Shown here piece by piece: positions 18,414 to 28,787 of a stretch of 64,000 nucleotides of DNA; the first letter of the stretch is position 1, and the number at the start of each line of letters is the position of its first letter. The translations under genes and the position numbers were made by a program. The notes below the pieces were generated by a model. It searched no databases, was not told the origin of the DNA, and saw nothing but the letters and a program-made list of their open reading frames with translations. The DNA comes from an uncultured Bacteroidales bacterium (GTDB taxonomy: Bacteria > Bacteroidota > Bacteroidia > Bacteroidales > JAGOPY01): the NCBI GenBank assembly GCA_964619555.1, contig CAZUDV010000004.1:4911-68910 (forward strand), in the 5' to 3' direction.

Positions 18414-19395
18414 GGTTGCATCCTCTCACATCGCTGTTGTCATATCGGCCCAGAACTTCGAATGATCCGTCTGATTGGACTTTGCCAAGATCCTGCGTGG
18501 CAATGAAGGAACAGGAGTGAAGGTTTGCCAGGTCAATGATATTGATTCCTCCGGTTTTGAAGGGCGGAATAAGTTCCAGGGGATCGTCCGCATCGCGGGT
18601 GATCACTTTCATCCAGGGCGGGGTGCGATAGAGGCCACTCCCATTGGAATACGCCTGCGACAGCAATTCTGTCATACCATATTCGGAATGAATGACTTCA
18701 ACCCGGAATTTCCGGCAAAGGATATCATGCAATTCCTCCCGCACCATTTCACGCCGTCTTCCTTTCATACCTCCGGTTTCCATGATCATGGCATCCAGGG
18801 GCCCGGCAAACCGGCTTTCCGCAAAATCCAGCAACGCATAGGAGGCACCGAAGAGGATCGTCCGGATACCGGAACCGGGATGCTTCGCCAATTCCCGGGC
18901 CAGCGCACTGAAATCATGCAGGAAGAAACCGCTGCCGTTTCTTTTCGACAGCCTGACCATCTCCTCCATCATATAAACCAGGGAAGATCCTTTTCGTTCC
19001 TGGTATCCCGGCAAAAGGACCAGAAAGCGATAATTTCCGGGGGACCCGTAAAACAACTCAAATCCACGGATAAAGCTTTCCCTGTAGAGACCAAGATCCT
19101 GAACCCGGTGCCTGGACGGAATACTCCCGGTCGTACCACTGCTGATGAATTCCGTTTCGAAACTACCGGTATCTTCAGAGACGATGATGTGCTCCTTAAA
19201 GAAACGGATGGGCAGAAATGGTATCTTTCTGAAATCACCGGCGGTTTTGGGCGAGATCCTGAGCAAATCCGCAAATTCCCTGTAAATACGATTGGTCTGA
19301 TACTGGAAATGAAATATTTCCAGGGCCAGATCGTTAAATTCCTGTTCGGAGGCTATGGAAAAGATACGGGACCTGATGTCATGCATATGGATCAT
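18400..19395 (-). CDS. LuxE/PaaK-like acyl-adenylate-forming protein (often annotated acyl transferase / F390 synthetase-related)
   Basis: 331 aa. The N-terminus (IFSIASEQEFNDLALEIFHFQYQTNRIYREFADLL ... IPFLPIRFFKEH) and SSGTTG resemble the LuxE acyl-protein synthetase family. The antisense 318-aa ORF was rejected. Confidence 0.6.
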   Translation of the reverse strand: MIHMHDIRSRIFSIASEQEFNDLALEIFHFQYQTNRIYREFADLLRISPKTAGDFRKIPFLPIRFFKEHIIVSEDTGSFETEFISSGTTGSIPSRHRVQDLGLYRESFIRGFELFYGSPGNYRFLVLLPGYQERKGSSLVYMMEEMVRLSKRNGSGFFLHDFSALARELAKHPGSGIRTILFGASYALLDFAESRFAGPLDAMIMETGGMKGRRREMVREELHDILCRKFRVEVIHSEYGMTELLSQAYSNGSGLYRTPPWMKVITRDADDPLELIPPFKTGGINIIDLANLHSCSFIATQDLGKVQSDGSFEVLGRYDNSDVRGCNLMVV

Positions 19396-19454
19396 GTCTG
19401 GATACTTAACTCAGGTATGAAATTTGTATAAATTTGAACAGAAAATCACAACCG

Positions 19455-19997
19455 ATGATTAAACGGGTAAAGTTAGCTTTATTTATATCGATCCTGGCTG
19501 TCGTTGCAGTGATTTCATGCAAAAGGATCGATCAGTATCCTCCTGAACCGGTCATCAAATACCTGGCGTTTGAAAAGCTTTACAATGTAAATGACAGCAT
19601 TTACGACCGTGGTGTATTGAAATTCGAATTCACGGACGGGGATGGAAATATCGGGCTGAATGAGAACGACACCTTTCCTCCTTTCAATCCTGGCAGCAAA
19701 TATTACTACAACCTGATCATCGATTATTATGAGGTACGAAATGGGATTGAAACCGAAGTGCCGCTTACATTTTTCAATGCCGGCACCCAGCAGTACGACA
19801 CCATTTACCTGAGTGCCCGCATCCCTCCTTTAACTCCCTACGGATCAGATCATGACATTTCCGGTGAAATTTACGACAGCCTTTTCATTTACAATTATAA
19901 CTCGGATTTTGACACCCTGTTTCTCAAATTCTACATCGTCGACAGGCTGTTGAATGAAAGCAATGTGGAGAGAACGGAATACATTGTGAGGAGATAG
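19455..19997 (+). CDS. hypothetical lipoprotein
   Basis: ATG at 19455 gives MIKRVKLALFISILAVVAVISCK, a lipobox-like signal. No family recognised. Confidence 0.55.
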   Translation: MIKRVKLALFISILAVVAVISCKRIDQYPPEPVIKYLAFEKLYNVNDSIYDRGVLKFEFTDGDGNIGLNENDTFPPFNPGSKYYYNLIIDYYEVRNGIETEVPLTFFNAGTQQYDTIYLSARIPPLTPYGSDHDISGEIYDSLFIYNYNSDFDTLFLKFYIVDRLLNESNVERTEYIVRR

Positions 19998-20040
19998 TCG
20001 GACATGGTCATTCGGTTGTAATTCGGGTGTGATGCTAAAA

Positions 20041-20070
20041 AATAACCACTGTATAACCACCTATAACCAC
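20041..20070. repeat. three tandem copies of the word ATAACCAC (10-nt period) upstream of mrdA
   Basis: aataaccactg tataaccacc tataaccac. Confidence 0.75.
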
Positions 20071-20146
20071 AGCAGTTGATTTCTTTGTAAAAACAGGGCA
20101 GAAATCCCGTGTAATTTCTTTTATTTTTGCGTAAAAGCTGCTCCGG

Positions 20147-22009
20147 ATGACTGCAATGCTCAAAAAGAACCTGGAAAGGAGAAAATTCGTCTTCATGACC
20201 ATGTTCATTGTTGCAGGCGCTGCCTTTCTCATCAAGTTATTCCTTCTTCAAGTCATTCAGGAAGAGTATAAATTATCGGCCGAGAATAATGTTCTCCGGT
20301 ATGTGACCCAGTACCCGCCACGGGGCGCCATGTTTGACCGTAACGGAAAGCTTATGGTTTTTAACGAAGCCGCTTATGACCTGCTGGTTGTTCCAAAACA
20401 GGTCAAGCCGTTCGATACGCTGGAACTGTGCCGGTTACTTGATATTACCATTGAAGATGTGCGTGCCACGCTTAAAAAAGCCAGGCTTTACAGCATGGTA
20501 AAGCCCACCATTTTCCTGGAACAGCTTTCCAAGGAGGACTTTGCATACCTCGAGGAGGTTCTGTACAAGTTCCCGGGCTTTTATGTCCAGTTCAGGACGG
20601 TCCGGAAATATGAAATGCCCATCGCAGCGCATGTGGTGGGTTATGTCGGGGAAGTGGATAAGAAAGATATTGAACGGAATCCTTATTACAGGCAGGGAGA
20701 TTATATCGGCAAATCAGGGGTTGAGAAAGCTTACGAAGAGATCCTCCGGGGGAAGAAAGGAGTTAAGATAAAACTTGTGGATGTGCACAACAGGGAAATG
20801 GGTAGCTATAAGGATGGCAAATATGACAGTATTTCCATCCCGGGTAAAAATATCACCCTGAGTCTTGATGCCGATCTGCAGGCATACGGGGAACAACTGA
20901 TGCGATGGAAAAAGGGAAGTATCGTGGCTATTGAGCCTGCGACAGGCGAGGTGCTGGTGATGGTCTCAAATCCGTCGTACAACCCAAATCTCCTGGTCGG
21001 CAGGCAGCGTTCCAGGAATTATTCCAGACTGACGCAGGATCCGCTCATCCCATTGTTCAACCGGGCGACACAGGCCCAATACCCCCCGGGCTCCACCTTT
21101 AAAACGATCGGAACGCTGATCGGTTTGCAGGAAGGGGTGCTGGATGTCAATACCCGTTATGGTTGCAGCGGGGTCGGCACAGTGCCGATTTCCTGCAGTC
21201 ACAGCCATCCTTCGCCGCTGAGCCTGCTGCATGCCATCGAGCAGTCGTGCAACCCTTATTTCTGGCAGGTTTTCCGTTCGGTTCTCGACCAGCGGAAGTT
21301 TGCCACCATGCAGGAAGCCTATACCTTCTGGAGAGAATATGTAGCCAGTTTTGGAGTCGGGAGCGTGCTGGAGGGAGACATACCCGACCAGGCCAATGGC
21401 AACCTGCCAAAAGACAGCTATTTCGATCGTTATTACGGGAAGAAAGGGTGGAGGAGCATTACAATCCGGTCCTTATCCATCGGGCAGGGGGAGATCGAGA
21501 TGACTCCCCTGCAACTGGCCAACCTGGCGGCTACTATCGCCAACAGGGGTTATTATTACCCGCCACACCTGCTTAGAGCGGTGGAGGGGGATCCTGAATA
21601 CATGAAAAAATACCAGAAACAGATACGGACCAAGGTATCACCGGAAAATTTCCAGATCCTGGTGGAAGGCATGAACCTGGTCTATCAGGGGGAGTCGGGA
21701 ACTGCAAGATGGTACCGGATCGACAGCGTTTCCAGCTGCGGCAAAACAGGGACAGCCCAGAATCCTCACGGCAAGAACCACTCCATCTTTATCGCATTTT
21801 CTCCAAAAGATAATCCGAAGATTGCCATCGCCTGTGTGGTGGAAAATTCGGGTTATGGCGCCACCTGGGCTGCGCCAATCGCTACCCTGATCATGGAGAA
21901 ATACCTGAAGGGGGAAATCAAACAGAAGGCGGCCGAAGAAAGGATGATGAATGCTTACCTGCTGGACGACGGGGCCCCGCCCGATGAAGAAGATAAAAGT
22001 GTTGACTGA
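20147..22009 (+). CDS. mrdA: penicillin-binding protein 2 (elongasome transpeptidase)
   Basis: N-terminal TM segment and PBP dimerisation region, with STFK (SxxK) and KTGTAQ (KTG) motifs. Its stop overlaps the rodA start (TGATG). Confidence 0.92.
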   Translation: MTAMLKKNLERRKFVFMTMFIVAGAAFLIKLFLLQVIQEEYKLSAENNVLRYVTQYPPRGAMFDRNGKLMVFNEAAYDLLVVPKQVKPFDTLELCRLLDITIEDVRATLKKARLYSMVKPTIFLEQLSKEDFAYLEEVLYKFPGFYVQFRTVRKYEMPIAAHVVGYVGEVDKKDIERNPYYRQGDYIGKSGVEKAYEEILRGKKGVKIKLVDVHNREMGSYKDGKYDSISIPGKNITLSLDADLQAYGEQLMRWKKGSIVAIEPATGEVLVMVSNPSYNPNLLVGRQRSRNYSRLTQDPLIPLFNRATQAQYPPGSTFKTIGTLIGLQEGVLDVNTRYGCSGVGTVPISCSHSHPSPLSLLHAIEQSCNPYFWQVFRSVLDQRKFATMQEAYTFWREYVASFGVGSVLEGDIPDQANGNLPKDSYFDRYYGKKGWRSITIRSLSIGQGEIEMTPLQLANLAATIANRGYYYPPHLLRAVEGDPEYMKKYQKQIRTKVSPENFQILVEGMNLVYQGESGTARWYRIDSVSSCGKTGTAQNPHGKNHSIFIAFSPKDNPKIAIACVVENSGYGATWAAPIATLIMEKYLKGEIKQKAAEERMMNAYLLDDGAPPDEEDKSVD

Positions 22010-23268
22010 TGACAAGGGAAAGAAACGTATACGGAAAAGTTGACTGGACCACGGTATGGCTTTACATCATCCTGGTACTGATGGGATGGGTCAGTATTTA
22101 TGCGGCTGTATATGATGATACCCATAGCAGCATCTTCGATATTTCGCAGCGGTATGGAAAACAGATGGTATGGATCCTGGCTGCCGGGGTGATCGCCTTT
22201 GTGATCATGCTGGCGGATGCCAAAATATTCAATGCATTTGCATACATCATATATGGAATCACTTTAATCTCACTCGTCGGAGTGCTTCTTTTCGGAACGG
22301 AGATTTCGGGCTCGAAATCGTGGTTCCAGATCGGAAGCTTTGCCCTGCAGCCTGCTGAGTTCGCAAAATTTGCAACTTGCCTGGCACTGGCCCGGTATTT
22401 GAGTTCCTATTCAGTGGATTTCAGCCTGTTACGGGCTAAAATCGTTTCAGCTATTATCATCATCACTCCGGCCATTCTGATCCTTCTCCAGAATGATACC
22501 GGTTCGGCGGTGGTTTATGCCGCTTTTATCCTCGTTATGTACCGTGAAGGCCTCTCCGGCTATTTCCTGATCATGGGAGTTTATTTGATCATACTTTTCC
22601 TGGTGTCCTTACTGGTCAGTAATACGGTAATTATACTGACATTGGCCGGGCTTGCCGTCCTTGCCTATTATTACAACAAACAGCTCCGAAGGAAATGGTG
22701 GATTCTGGTAGCCATCTGGATAGCCTCCACGGCCGTCGTCTTTACCGTGGATTATGCATTTGACAACCTGCTGGAGGAACACCAGAAGACCCGCATCAAC
22801 GTATTGTTAGGCAAAGAAGACGATCCTAAAGGCGCCGGCTATAACGTGAACCAGTCCAAAATTGCCATAGGTTCCGGCGGATTGCTGGGCAAAGGGTTCC
22901 TGCAAGGTACGCAGACCAAATATAATTTCGTCCCGGAACAAAGCACAGACTTTATTTTTTGCACCGTTGGGGAGGAGTGGGGATTTGTAGGCAGTGCCGT
23001 GGTCATTATCCTCTTTTTGGTATTACTGGTCAGGCTGATGCGTATGGCAGAACGACAACGGTCAGATTTCAGCCGGATATACGGATATGGAGTTGTCGCC
23101 ATACTCTTTTTCCATTTTGTCGTGAATATCGGGATGACGATAGGACTGGTGCCGGTCATTGGCATCCCGTTGCCCTTTTTCAGCTACGGGGGCTCCTCAC
23201 TTTGGGCTTTCACCATCCTGCTCTTTATATTTATCAAGCTGGATGCGAACAGGCTGGCACTGTTCTAA
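22009..23268 (+). CDS. rodA: rod shape-determining protein RodA (SEDS family)
   Basis: A ~10-TM FtsW/RodA/SpoVE family protein with QPAEFAK, FIFCTVGEEWGF and GIPLPFFSYGGSS motifs. Confidence 0.92.
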   Translation: MTRERNVYGKVDWTTVWLYIILVLMGWVSIYAAVYDDTHSSIFDISQRYGKQMVWILAAGVIAFVIMLADAKIFNAFAYIIYGITLISLVGVLLFGTEISGSKSWFQIGSFALQPAEFAKFATCLALARYLSSYSVDFSLLRAKIVSAIIIITPAILILLQNDTGSAVVYAAFILVMYREGLSGYFLIMGVYLIILFLVSLLVSNTVIILTLAGLAVLAYYYNKQLRRKWWILVAIWIASTAVVFTVDYAFDNLLEEHQKTRINVLLGKEDDPKGAGYNVNQSKIAIGSGGLLGKGFLQGTQTKYNFVPEQSTDFIFCTVGEEWGFVGSAVVIILFLVLLVRLMRMAERQRSDFSRIYGYGVVAILFFHFVVNIGMTIGLVPVIGIPLPFFSYGGSSLWAFTILLFIFIKLDANRLALF

Positions 23269-25391
23269 TAGAACATCAGGCGGTTGTCAGTGATATCTGC
23301 CTTCTTTTGAAGGGCTGTGAACATGGAATTGCTCGTCACGCGGCTGCGGAAAGCTCCCATCAGCTGATCACGGTTCTGAATATAATTGGCAGGTGCCGGA
23401 GGTTCATAGAATTTATCGACTTTAACCACGAACACGGCTCCATTGCCCTGTATCGGACCCGACTGTTCCCCTTCGTTCATTGAAAAGATCTCCCCGATCA
23501 CATTGTATTCGCTTCCGAATCCAGGAATATTCCTGCTGGAAAAAGTAATGTTCAGGTTTGTATCGACTTTTGAATTATAATCCCTGGCGATCTGGTAAAT
23601 ATCAGCAGATGATCCGCTTAGTCTTTGCTTGATTATTTCAGCCTTTTTCTCATTAAGGACGAAAGTTTTAATATTCTCTTTCATTTGATCCAGGGGTATC
23701 GTACCCTTTTCGCGGATATTGGTAAGCACTGCCACCACGTAGGAGCCTCCCACATCGAAGACCGGGCTGACTTCCCCTGACTTGATCCCTTCATAGTAAG
23801 CCCACCGGACAATTTCCCTGGGATTTTCTATACCGGGAATGTTGTTCCCCATTTCCCGGAGGTAAGTTGCGCTGCGTTTATTGAGTCCCTGGGTGGTAAC
23901 GGCATTTTCAAACTTTTCCCGGGTATTGTTCTCACCGGCAAAGGTGCTTGCCTGGGCATAAATATCCTGGAATGTTTTGCTACTGGGTTCAACGGCACGC
24001 TTGACCACAGCGACGCGGACCTTCTTTACGGGATCCTTTTTGCCGGTGACTTTAACCAAATGGTACCCAAAGACAGTTTCCACTTTCAGGAGATCACCCT
24101 CTTTAGCATCCTGAACGGCTTCATTAAATGGTCCGACCATGCTTCCATCCACGAACCATCCCAGGTCCCCATTGTTTTGCCTGGCTGAGCCGTCGTCGGA
24201 GAGTTGCATGGCCAGGGCCTGCAGTTTGGTCTTATCGGCTTTCAGCACATCCATAAGGCTGTCAGCGGTTTTTTCCGCCTGTACCCTGGTCCGGGTAATG
24301 TTCGGATCCGCTCTGAAAGCTCCCTGGTAAGCGATGAGGATGTGTTCGGCTTTCATGGAATCCGCACGGTTTTCTACTTCCATCAGGCGAGCCATGTACC
24401 AGGCATTGCCATCCTCAAACGGAGGGACAAAAGCGCCGGGTTCCGCATTGAACGCCACTGAATCGATCATGACCGGCAGGGTGCCTTTCTTGAACCAGCT
24501 GCTGTCGTAACGTTCGTCAGAAGTGGAGTTGACGAAGGTAGCCACATCGGCGGCAGTCCGGAACTCATCATAGACGCGGTAAACGCTTTCGCGGGCTTCC
24601 GAACGGTCTTCGGCAGACGGGGCCACTTCGAAAATAATATAATCGATATCCCTGCTGGCATCCTGCTCATAAAGATGCTTATTCTTATTGTAATAAGTTT
24701 CATAATCCTTGTCGGTGAGCGTCACATCTGCATCGGGAATAGAGGTATAGCGGATGGCAACATAGCGGATCTCCGCATTCTTTTTCTTAGCTTCGTAATC
24801 CAGCCTGGCAAATGCCTGGGGGACAAAGTAACCTTTCGATACCAGGTTCTGGTATTTCTGGCTCAGCCTGTCTTCCTTGATATATTTCTCCAGATTCAGC
24901 CACTGCTTTTTCACCTCCGGGTCCATATTATCGAGGTTTTGCAGGAAATTCAGGACCATCTGGGGATTGTACTGACCGGTATTGGGATCCGTAAAATACT
25001 GCATGATAAGGCGGTGTGGGTTACGCCCCTGCACCAGGTCGAAAAGTTCCTCCTTGGTCACTGTCAGGCCAAGTTTTTCGTATTCAATCCCCATGATTAC
25101 CTCGTTCACATACTGGTTCCAGGTGCTGTTACGCACTTCGAATGCTTCCTGCTGGGTAAGGTTTTCCTTATTCTGATTGGTTTGCTGGATCTGCATATTG
25201 TCTTCCACGCGGCGGTTGTACTCCATACCGGTGATTTCCACGCCTTCGATTCTTCCTACTTCGGGTATGCCGTTTCTTCCGCCACGCCCTCTTCCGGTGA
25301 ACAGGTCACTCAGGATGAAGGCTGCAATAGCTACACCAACAAGGATAACGGCCAGCGCCGAATGCTTACGAATTCTTCCAATTATTGCCAT
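23265..25391 (-). CDS. ppiD: periplasmic chaperone / peptidyl-prolyl isomerase, PpiD/SurA-like
   Basis: ATG at 25391 gives MAIIGRIRKHSALAVILVGVAIAAFILSD, an N-terminal anchor (the track start 25421 is TTG). Has a parvulin-like block HILIAY ... GDLGWF ... FGYHLVKV. Confidence 0.85.
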   Translation of the reverse strand: MAIIGRIRKHSALAVILVGVAIAAFILSDLFTGRGRGGRNGIPEVGRIEGVEITGMEYNRRVEDNMQIQQTNQNKENLTQQEAFEVRNSTWNQYVNEVIMGIEYEKLGLTVTKEELFDLVQGRNPHRLIMQYFTDPNTGQYNPQMVLNFLQNLDNMDPEVKKQWLNLEKYIKEDRLSQKYQNLVSKGYFVPQAFARLDYEAKKKNAEIRYVAIRYTSIPDADVTLTDKDYETYYNKNKHLYEQDASRDIDYIIFEVAPSAEDRSEARESVYRVYDEFRTAADVATFVNSTSDERYDSSWFKKGTLPVMIDSVAFNAEPGAFVPPFEDGNAWYMARLMEVENRADSMKAEHILIAYQGAFRADPNITRTRVQAEKTADSLMDVLKADKTKLQALAMQLSDDGSARQNNGDLGWFVDGSMVGPFNEAVQDAKEGDLLKVETVFGYHLVKVTGKKDPVKKVRVAVVKRAVEPSSKTFQDIYAQASTFAGENNTREKFENAVTTQGLNKRSATYLREMGNNIPGIENPREIVRWAYYEGIKSGEVSPVFDVGGSYVVAVLTNIREKGTIPLDQMKENIKTFVLNEKKAEIIKQRLSGSSADIYQIARDYNSKVDTNLNITFSSRNIPGFGSEYNVIGEIFSMNEGEQSGPIQGNGAVFVVKVDKFYEPPAPANYIQNRDQLMGAFRSRVTSNSMFTALQKKADITDNRLMFY

Positions 25392-25477
25392 GTTAACAAG
25401 TTGTTTAAAAAAGAGGCGCAAAAGTAGGAAAAATGTTTGAAGAAAAAAAGAGAAAGAAGATAGAAGTTAGCAGTAAG

Positions 25478-25503
25478 AAGTCATGAGTCATAAGTCATGA
25501 GTT
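25478..25503. repeat. short tandem word array (AGTCATGA / AGTCATAA) upstream of ppiD
   Basis: aagtcatgagtcataagtcatgagtt, preceded by a purine-rich run gaagaaaaaaagagaaagaagatagaag. Confidence 0.7.
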
Positions 25504-25565
25504 AGAAAACGATATCAGGAACCCTTTAAAATCACGATTTCAAATTGGCCTGATACTTATTTAGC

Positions 25566-26174
25566 CTATCTTTCCGGTTCTTCCCGAATTTCCAGCAATC
25601 CTTTGGGATGTTTCACCTCGAGTTCGTCGAACGGTTGTTTTGAGGATAGGCCATCGCCTGTGATAACCTGCCCGCCGCTGGTGATCTTGACGAATTTATC
25701 GGAATAGATGAGTTCCCGGGCGCGGTCCCAGTATAATTCTTCGGTATTCAGCCGTTCGTCCTTCTCCAGGTTTTCTACCACCACATTATGCCGGGCTTCC
25801 ATCAGTTTTTTCTTCTCGTAGGAAATGCCGTAATCGGCTGTTATGGTGGAGGTGACATTCAACGTGGAGTCGTAGAAATAAACTTTGAAACCTTCGGGGA
25901 AGATCATGACCGGTTCTTCAGTTTCCCTGCTGATGAGTTTCCGGCTGACCAGCCGGATCTGTACTCTTCCTTTTTCGCTGTAAAGGATTTCAATATCCCC
26001 TGCGGTCATTTCCGGCAATGTATCCACAAAATCGAGTGACCGGATGGTTTCCATATCATTTTTACAGGAAGGCATGACAGTCAGCATGAAAAATACGGCC
26101 AGGCATCCGGATGCCAGGATTTCCGGTAATTTTATCCGGGCTTTACTTGGAGGCTCTGATCTTGGTGTCTTCAT
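25566..26174 (-). CDS. lptC: LPS export periplasmic protein LptC-like
   Basis: About 200 aa with an N-terminal anchor (ILASGCLAVFFMLTVMPSC). The body (AGDIEILYSEKGRVQIRLVSRKLISRE ... FKVYFYD) fits the LptC/OstA-like family and its position in the Bacteroidota envelope cluster. ATG at 26174 was chosen over the GTG at 26204. Confidence 0.6.
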   Translation of the reverse strand: MKTPRSEPPSKARIKLPEILASGCLAVFFMLTVMPSCKNDMETIRSLDFVDTLPEMTAGDIEILYSEKGRVQIRLVSRKLISRETEEPVMIFPEGFKVYFYDSTLNVTSTITADYGISYEKKKLMEARHNVVVENLEKDERLNTEELYWDRARELIYSDKFVKITSGGQVITGDGLSSKQPFDELEVKHPKGLLEIREEPER

Positions 26175-27501
26175 TGATCCAGCATCCCACCGTGTAGGTG
26201 TCACCCTCTTTCAGGGTGTAGAAGAAGATGGTTTGAGCGGAAGGGAAGTAAATCGAATACGAGGCGATCCTCCGTTCTGCATCTTCTGCCACGGTCGGAT
26301 CCACCTGTTTGGCTTTGATGTACTTATCCACCGCAGCCCAGTATGGAGCGCGCTGGGTCAGTTCATTATCGCCGCAATCATGGGCCGATTCGGAATACAT
26401 GTCCCCGATCATAAGGTAAGGCTGCCCGTCATTCGGGTTCAGGGCGAGCGCTTTCAGGGCATAGGTCCTGGCTGTTGGGAAGTTCCGGAGGGCCCGGTAA
26501 CACTCTGCGATGTATTTATAACTTTTTTGAACGGTCGACTGATCTTCCAGCTGCTCCACATCTTTCAGGTAAGTAATGGCATCGGCATATTTTTCCTCTT
26601 TCATGAGCATCTTTCCCAGAAGATAGGCGGATGCCGGAGAAGGTTCAAGCTGGTAAAGCTTTTCGGTGGTCTGGAAGTAAAACGGATCATCCTGGCATCT
26701 TTTATCATCCAGGAGTTTGGTGATCTTTTTCAGCAGGTCGATATCCTCAGGGTTGGCTTCGAATTTCTTTTTGAAGATGCTGATCAGGTCTGCACAAGTG
26801 GCAAACGGTTCCACCATAAGCTCCACATTGTTTTGGACAATTTCCCAATTGTTGAGTTCTTCATCATTGCCTTCGTTTTTCTTGAGGTTATGATCGATAA
26901 TGCTGATGCAGTCGTCATAGGCTTCAAAAATGAGGGAGGAGTCTGCTTTTCCGGTTGTGGCCATACCGATCGTTGCTTTGAAGTAATACACCAGCACCGG
27001 CCCGGCGGATGCGTCACCTTCCAGATCGATCGATTTCTTCAGGTCTTTGTAAATTTGCTCGTACCTTTCCGGTCTGAGGGTAGCCAGGTCGACACCTTTT
27101 CTTCCGAGTACATAGCCTTCTTTTCCGAAATACTGGATACGCTGGTCATAAACCATCATGAGGGTATCGATGTATTTATTTTTCACATCTTCATTGGGAG
27201 CAGTTTCTATCAGGTGCGATACTATTTTGACTCCGTCGATGTAAGTATTTTGGGTGCCTTTCGGACAGTTCAGGAATACCCAGCGCCACGGTCCGATAAC
27301 ATCCTTAATGGTTTCGTTGGTGTAATTGCTGGCTTTCCACTGTTTAAAGAATTCTCTGTAAAGGGAGATGTTCATGATACAGGTTACGCTGTCCGATCCG
27401 TATTTTCCGGCACTTGGTTCATCATCCTGTGCTGACAGCTGCAATATGGGGGCAGCTCCGAGAATGACACTCAAAAGGACGATGATGATCTTTGTTTTCA
27501 T
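26143..27501 (-). CDS. secreted TPR-like repeat protein (conserved hypothetical)
   Basis: ATG at 27501 gives the signal MKTKIIIVLLSVILGAAPILQLSAQ. The C-terminal half has helical-repeat character (YADAITYLKDVEQL, ECYRALRNFPTARTYALKALALNP). The antisense 463-aa ORF was rejected. Confidence 0.7.
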   Translation of the reverse strand: MKTKIIIVLLSVILGAAPILQLSAQDDEPSAGKYGSDSVTCIMNISLYREFFKQWKASNYTNETIKDVIGPWRWVFLNCPKGTQNTYIDGVKIVSHLIETAPNEDVKNKYIDTLMMVYDQRIQYFGKEGYVLGRKGVDLATLRPERYEQIYKDLKKSIDLEGDASAGPVLVYYFKATIGMATTGKADSSLIFEAYDDCISIIDHNLKKNEGNDEELNNWEIVQNNVELMVEPFATCADLISIFKKKFEANPEDIDLLKKITKLLDDKRCQDDPFYFQTTEKLYQLEPSPASAYLLGKMLMKEEKYADAITYLKDVEQLEDQSTVQKSYKYIAECYRALRNFPTARTYALKALALNPNDGQPYLMIGDMYSESAHDCGDNELTQRAPYWAAVDKYIKAKQVDPTVAEDAERRIASYSIYFPSAQTIFFYTLKEGDTYTVGCWINEDTKIRASK

Positions 27502-27511
27502 AATAATATAA

Positions 27512-28771
27512 TTAAAAATACTTGCTTTTAAAGAACCAGTTCTCAGATACATTCACTCCAAGTGTAAATCTAATAAAATTTTCCTGAATCAAACCATCCT
27601 GGGTGGTTCCTTTTCGACCGAATGATGCTGACAGGTTCATGGTTGATTTTGATTTCTTGATCGGTAGACCTAAACCAAAAGTTATGCCAATCTCGTCAAT
27701 GTGATGTTCTTTAAGGTTTAACGGGGTTTTCCCGTAATGAAGTCCGATCCGGTAAGCCATTCGGTTAAGGTAATTGGAGCTTCTTCCGTCCGGGATATAT
27801 TCTGCACCGGCGGCGAGGGTCCAGCGGTTCGCAAGGGAATCCGACTGCCCGTAATACTCGTATTTTTCCCAGTTTTGCCAGAGGAAATCCACTCCGGTAA
27901 GCCATTTCCCCTGTTTTCCGGCCGTGACACCCGCTCCGATTCTGACCGGCAGGGTCCAGGTGCCTTTTGCGTTAGGAATAAACTCGATCGTATCGTAGTA
28001 CAACGAAGAGGTGTTGATCAGCCCGAAATAGGTAGAAGCCAGCGAGGTGGCTTTCGAATTGATCTCCACCTGCGGACCGAATGCGGCGCCTGCAACCAGG
28101 AAATGATTTTTCGGAAGATCTGTTTTATACTGGATTCCCACTTCGCCATAAATATCGCTTGGCCTTATGTTGGAAATGATGTGCGTATTCTTCATGTCAA
28201 GCGAATCCGGGAATCCTACCCCACGTTTCCGGCTGATATTACCGAACATGTACTTCAGGTTGAAACCGATGCTGAAATGATTGCCCAGGCGGAATCCGTT
28301 CCCCCAGTAAAGCTGGTTGAACCCGCCTGAACCGCTGTAATTATAAATCACGCGCATCGTATCCTGAAATTCTTCAATATTATAGATGTCATATCCGGTA
28401 TAACTGAATGGCATGATGCCGAGACTGGTCTTCCACCACCTGGTCACGGAAAAGCCGAACGTAAGATGGCTGAGGGATATAAAGCTGCCATTGTCGGTCA
28501 GTTCATCCGTTTTCAGGTTGCTGATAAAGCCGAAGATGCCGGCATCGAAGATAAAGCTGACACTGTCGAATGCTGCGTAGGAAGCTGGATTGGCTGTGTT
28601 GATCAGGTCATTGCGCTGGAGGCCGTAGTGTATCCCACCCATTGCCGTAGTGCGCGGGTCCAGTCCGTTTTCCACGAGGTTTCCTGGTCCGTAACGGGTA
28701 TAAGGGGAATTGATGCTGATCTGACCGAAGACCATTGCCGGCAGGATAATCACAAACAGCAATGAAATCAT
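27512..28771 (-). CDS. outer membrane beta-barrel protein (conserved hypothetical)
   Basis: ATG at 28771 gives MISLLFVIILPAMVFGQ. The body alternates in an amphipathic beta pattern and ends in a terminal aromatic residue (FFKSKYF), as in OMP beta-signals. Confidence 0.65.
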   Translation of the reverse strand: MISLLFVIILPAMVFGQISINSPYTRYGPGNLVENGLDPRTTAMGGIHYGLQRNDLINTANPASYAAFDSVSFIFDAGIFGFISNLKTDELTDNGSFISLSHLTFGFSVTRWWKTSLGIMPFSYTGYDIYNIEEFQDTMRVIYNYSGSGGFNQLYWGNGFRLGNHFSIGFNLKYMFGNISRKRGVGFPDSLDMKNTHIISNIRPSDIYGEVGIQYKTDLPKNHFLVAGAAFGPQVEINSKATSLASTYFGLINTSSLYYDTIEFIPNAKGTWTLPVRIGAGVTAGKQGKWLTGVDFLWQNWEKYEYYGQSDSLANRWTLAAGAEYIPDGRSSNYLNRMAYRIGLHYGKTPLNLKEHHIDEIGITFGLGLPIKKSKSTMNLSASFGRKGTTQDGLIQENFIRFTLGVNVSENWFFKSKYF

Positions 28772-28787
28772 CGTAAGCAGTCTTCCC

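Noticed and set aside
18475-19431. 318-aa ORF antisense to the LuxE-like gene
   Set aside because: The minus-strand frame has a conserved-looking N-terminus and an SSGTTG motif. The plus-frame product is G/R/P-rich with no signal or motif.
20084-20129. Bacteroidetes-type promoter upstream of mrdA (TTTG at 20084-20087, TATTTTTG at 20122-20129)
   Set aside because: The -7-like octamer fits TAnnTTTG, but the only upstream TTTG is about 34 nt away, outside the usual spacing. This is not enough to report as a feature.
24675-25427. 250-aa ORF antisense to ppiD; similarly 55099-55833, 58302-59003 and 5520-5975
   Set aside because: Each lies entirely within a gene that has strong family evidence on the opposite strand.
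26044-27435. 463-aa ORF antisense to the TPR-like gene
   Set aside because: The minus-strand protein has a clean signal peptide and helical-repeat composition. The plus frame gives an implausible F/H/G-rich sequence.
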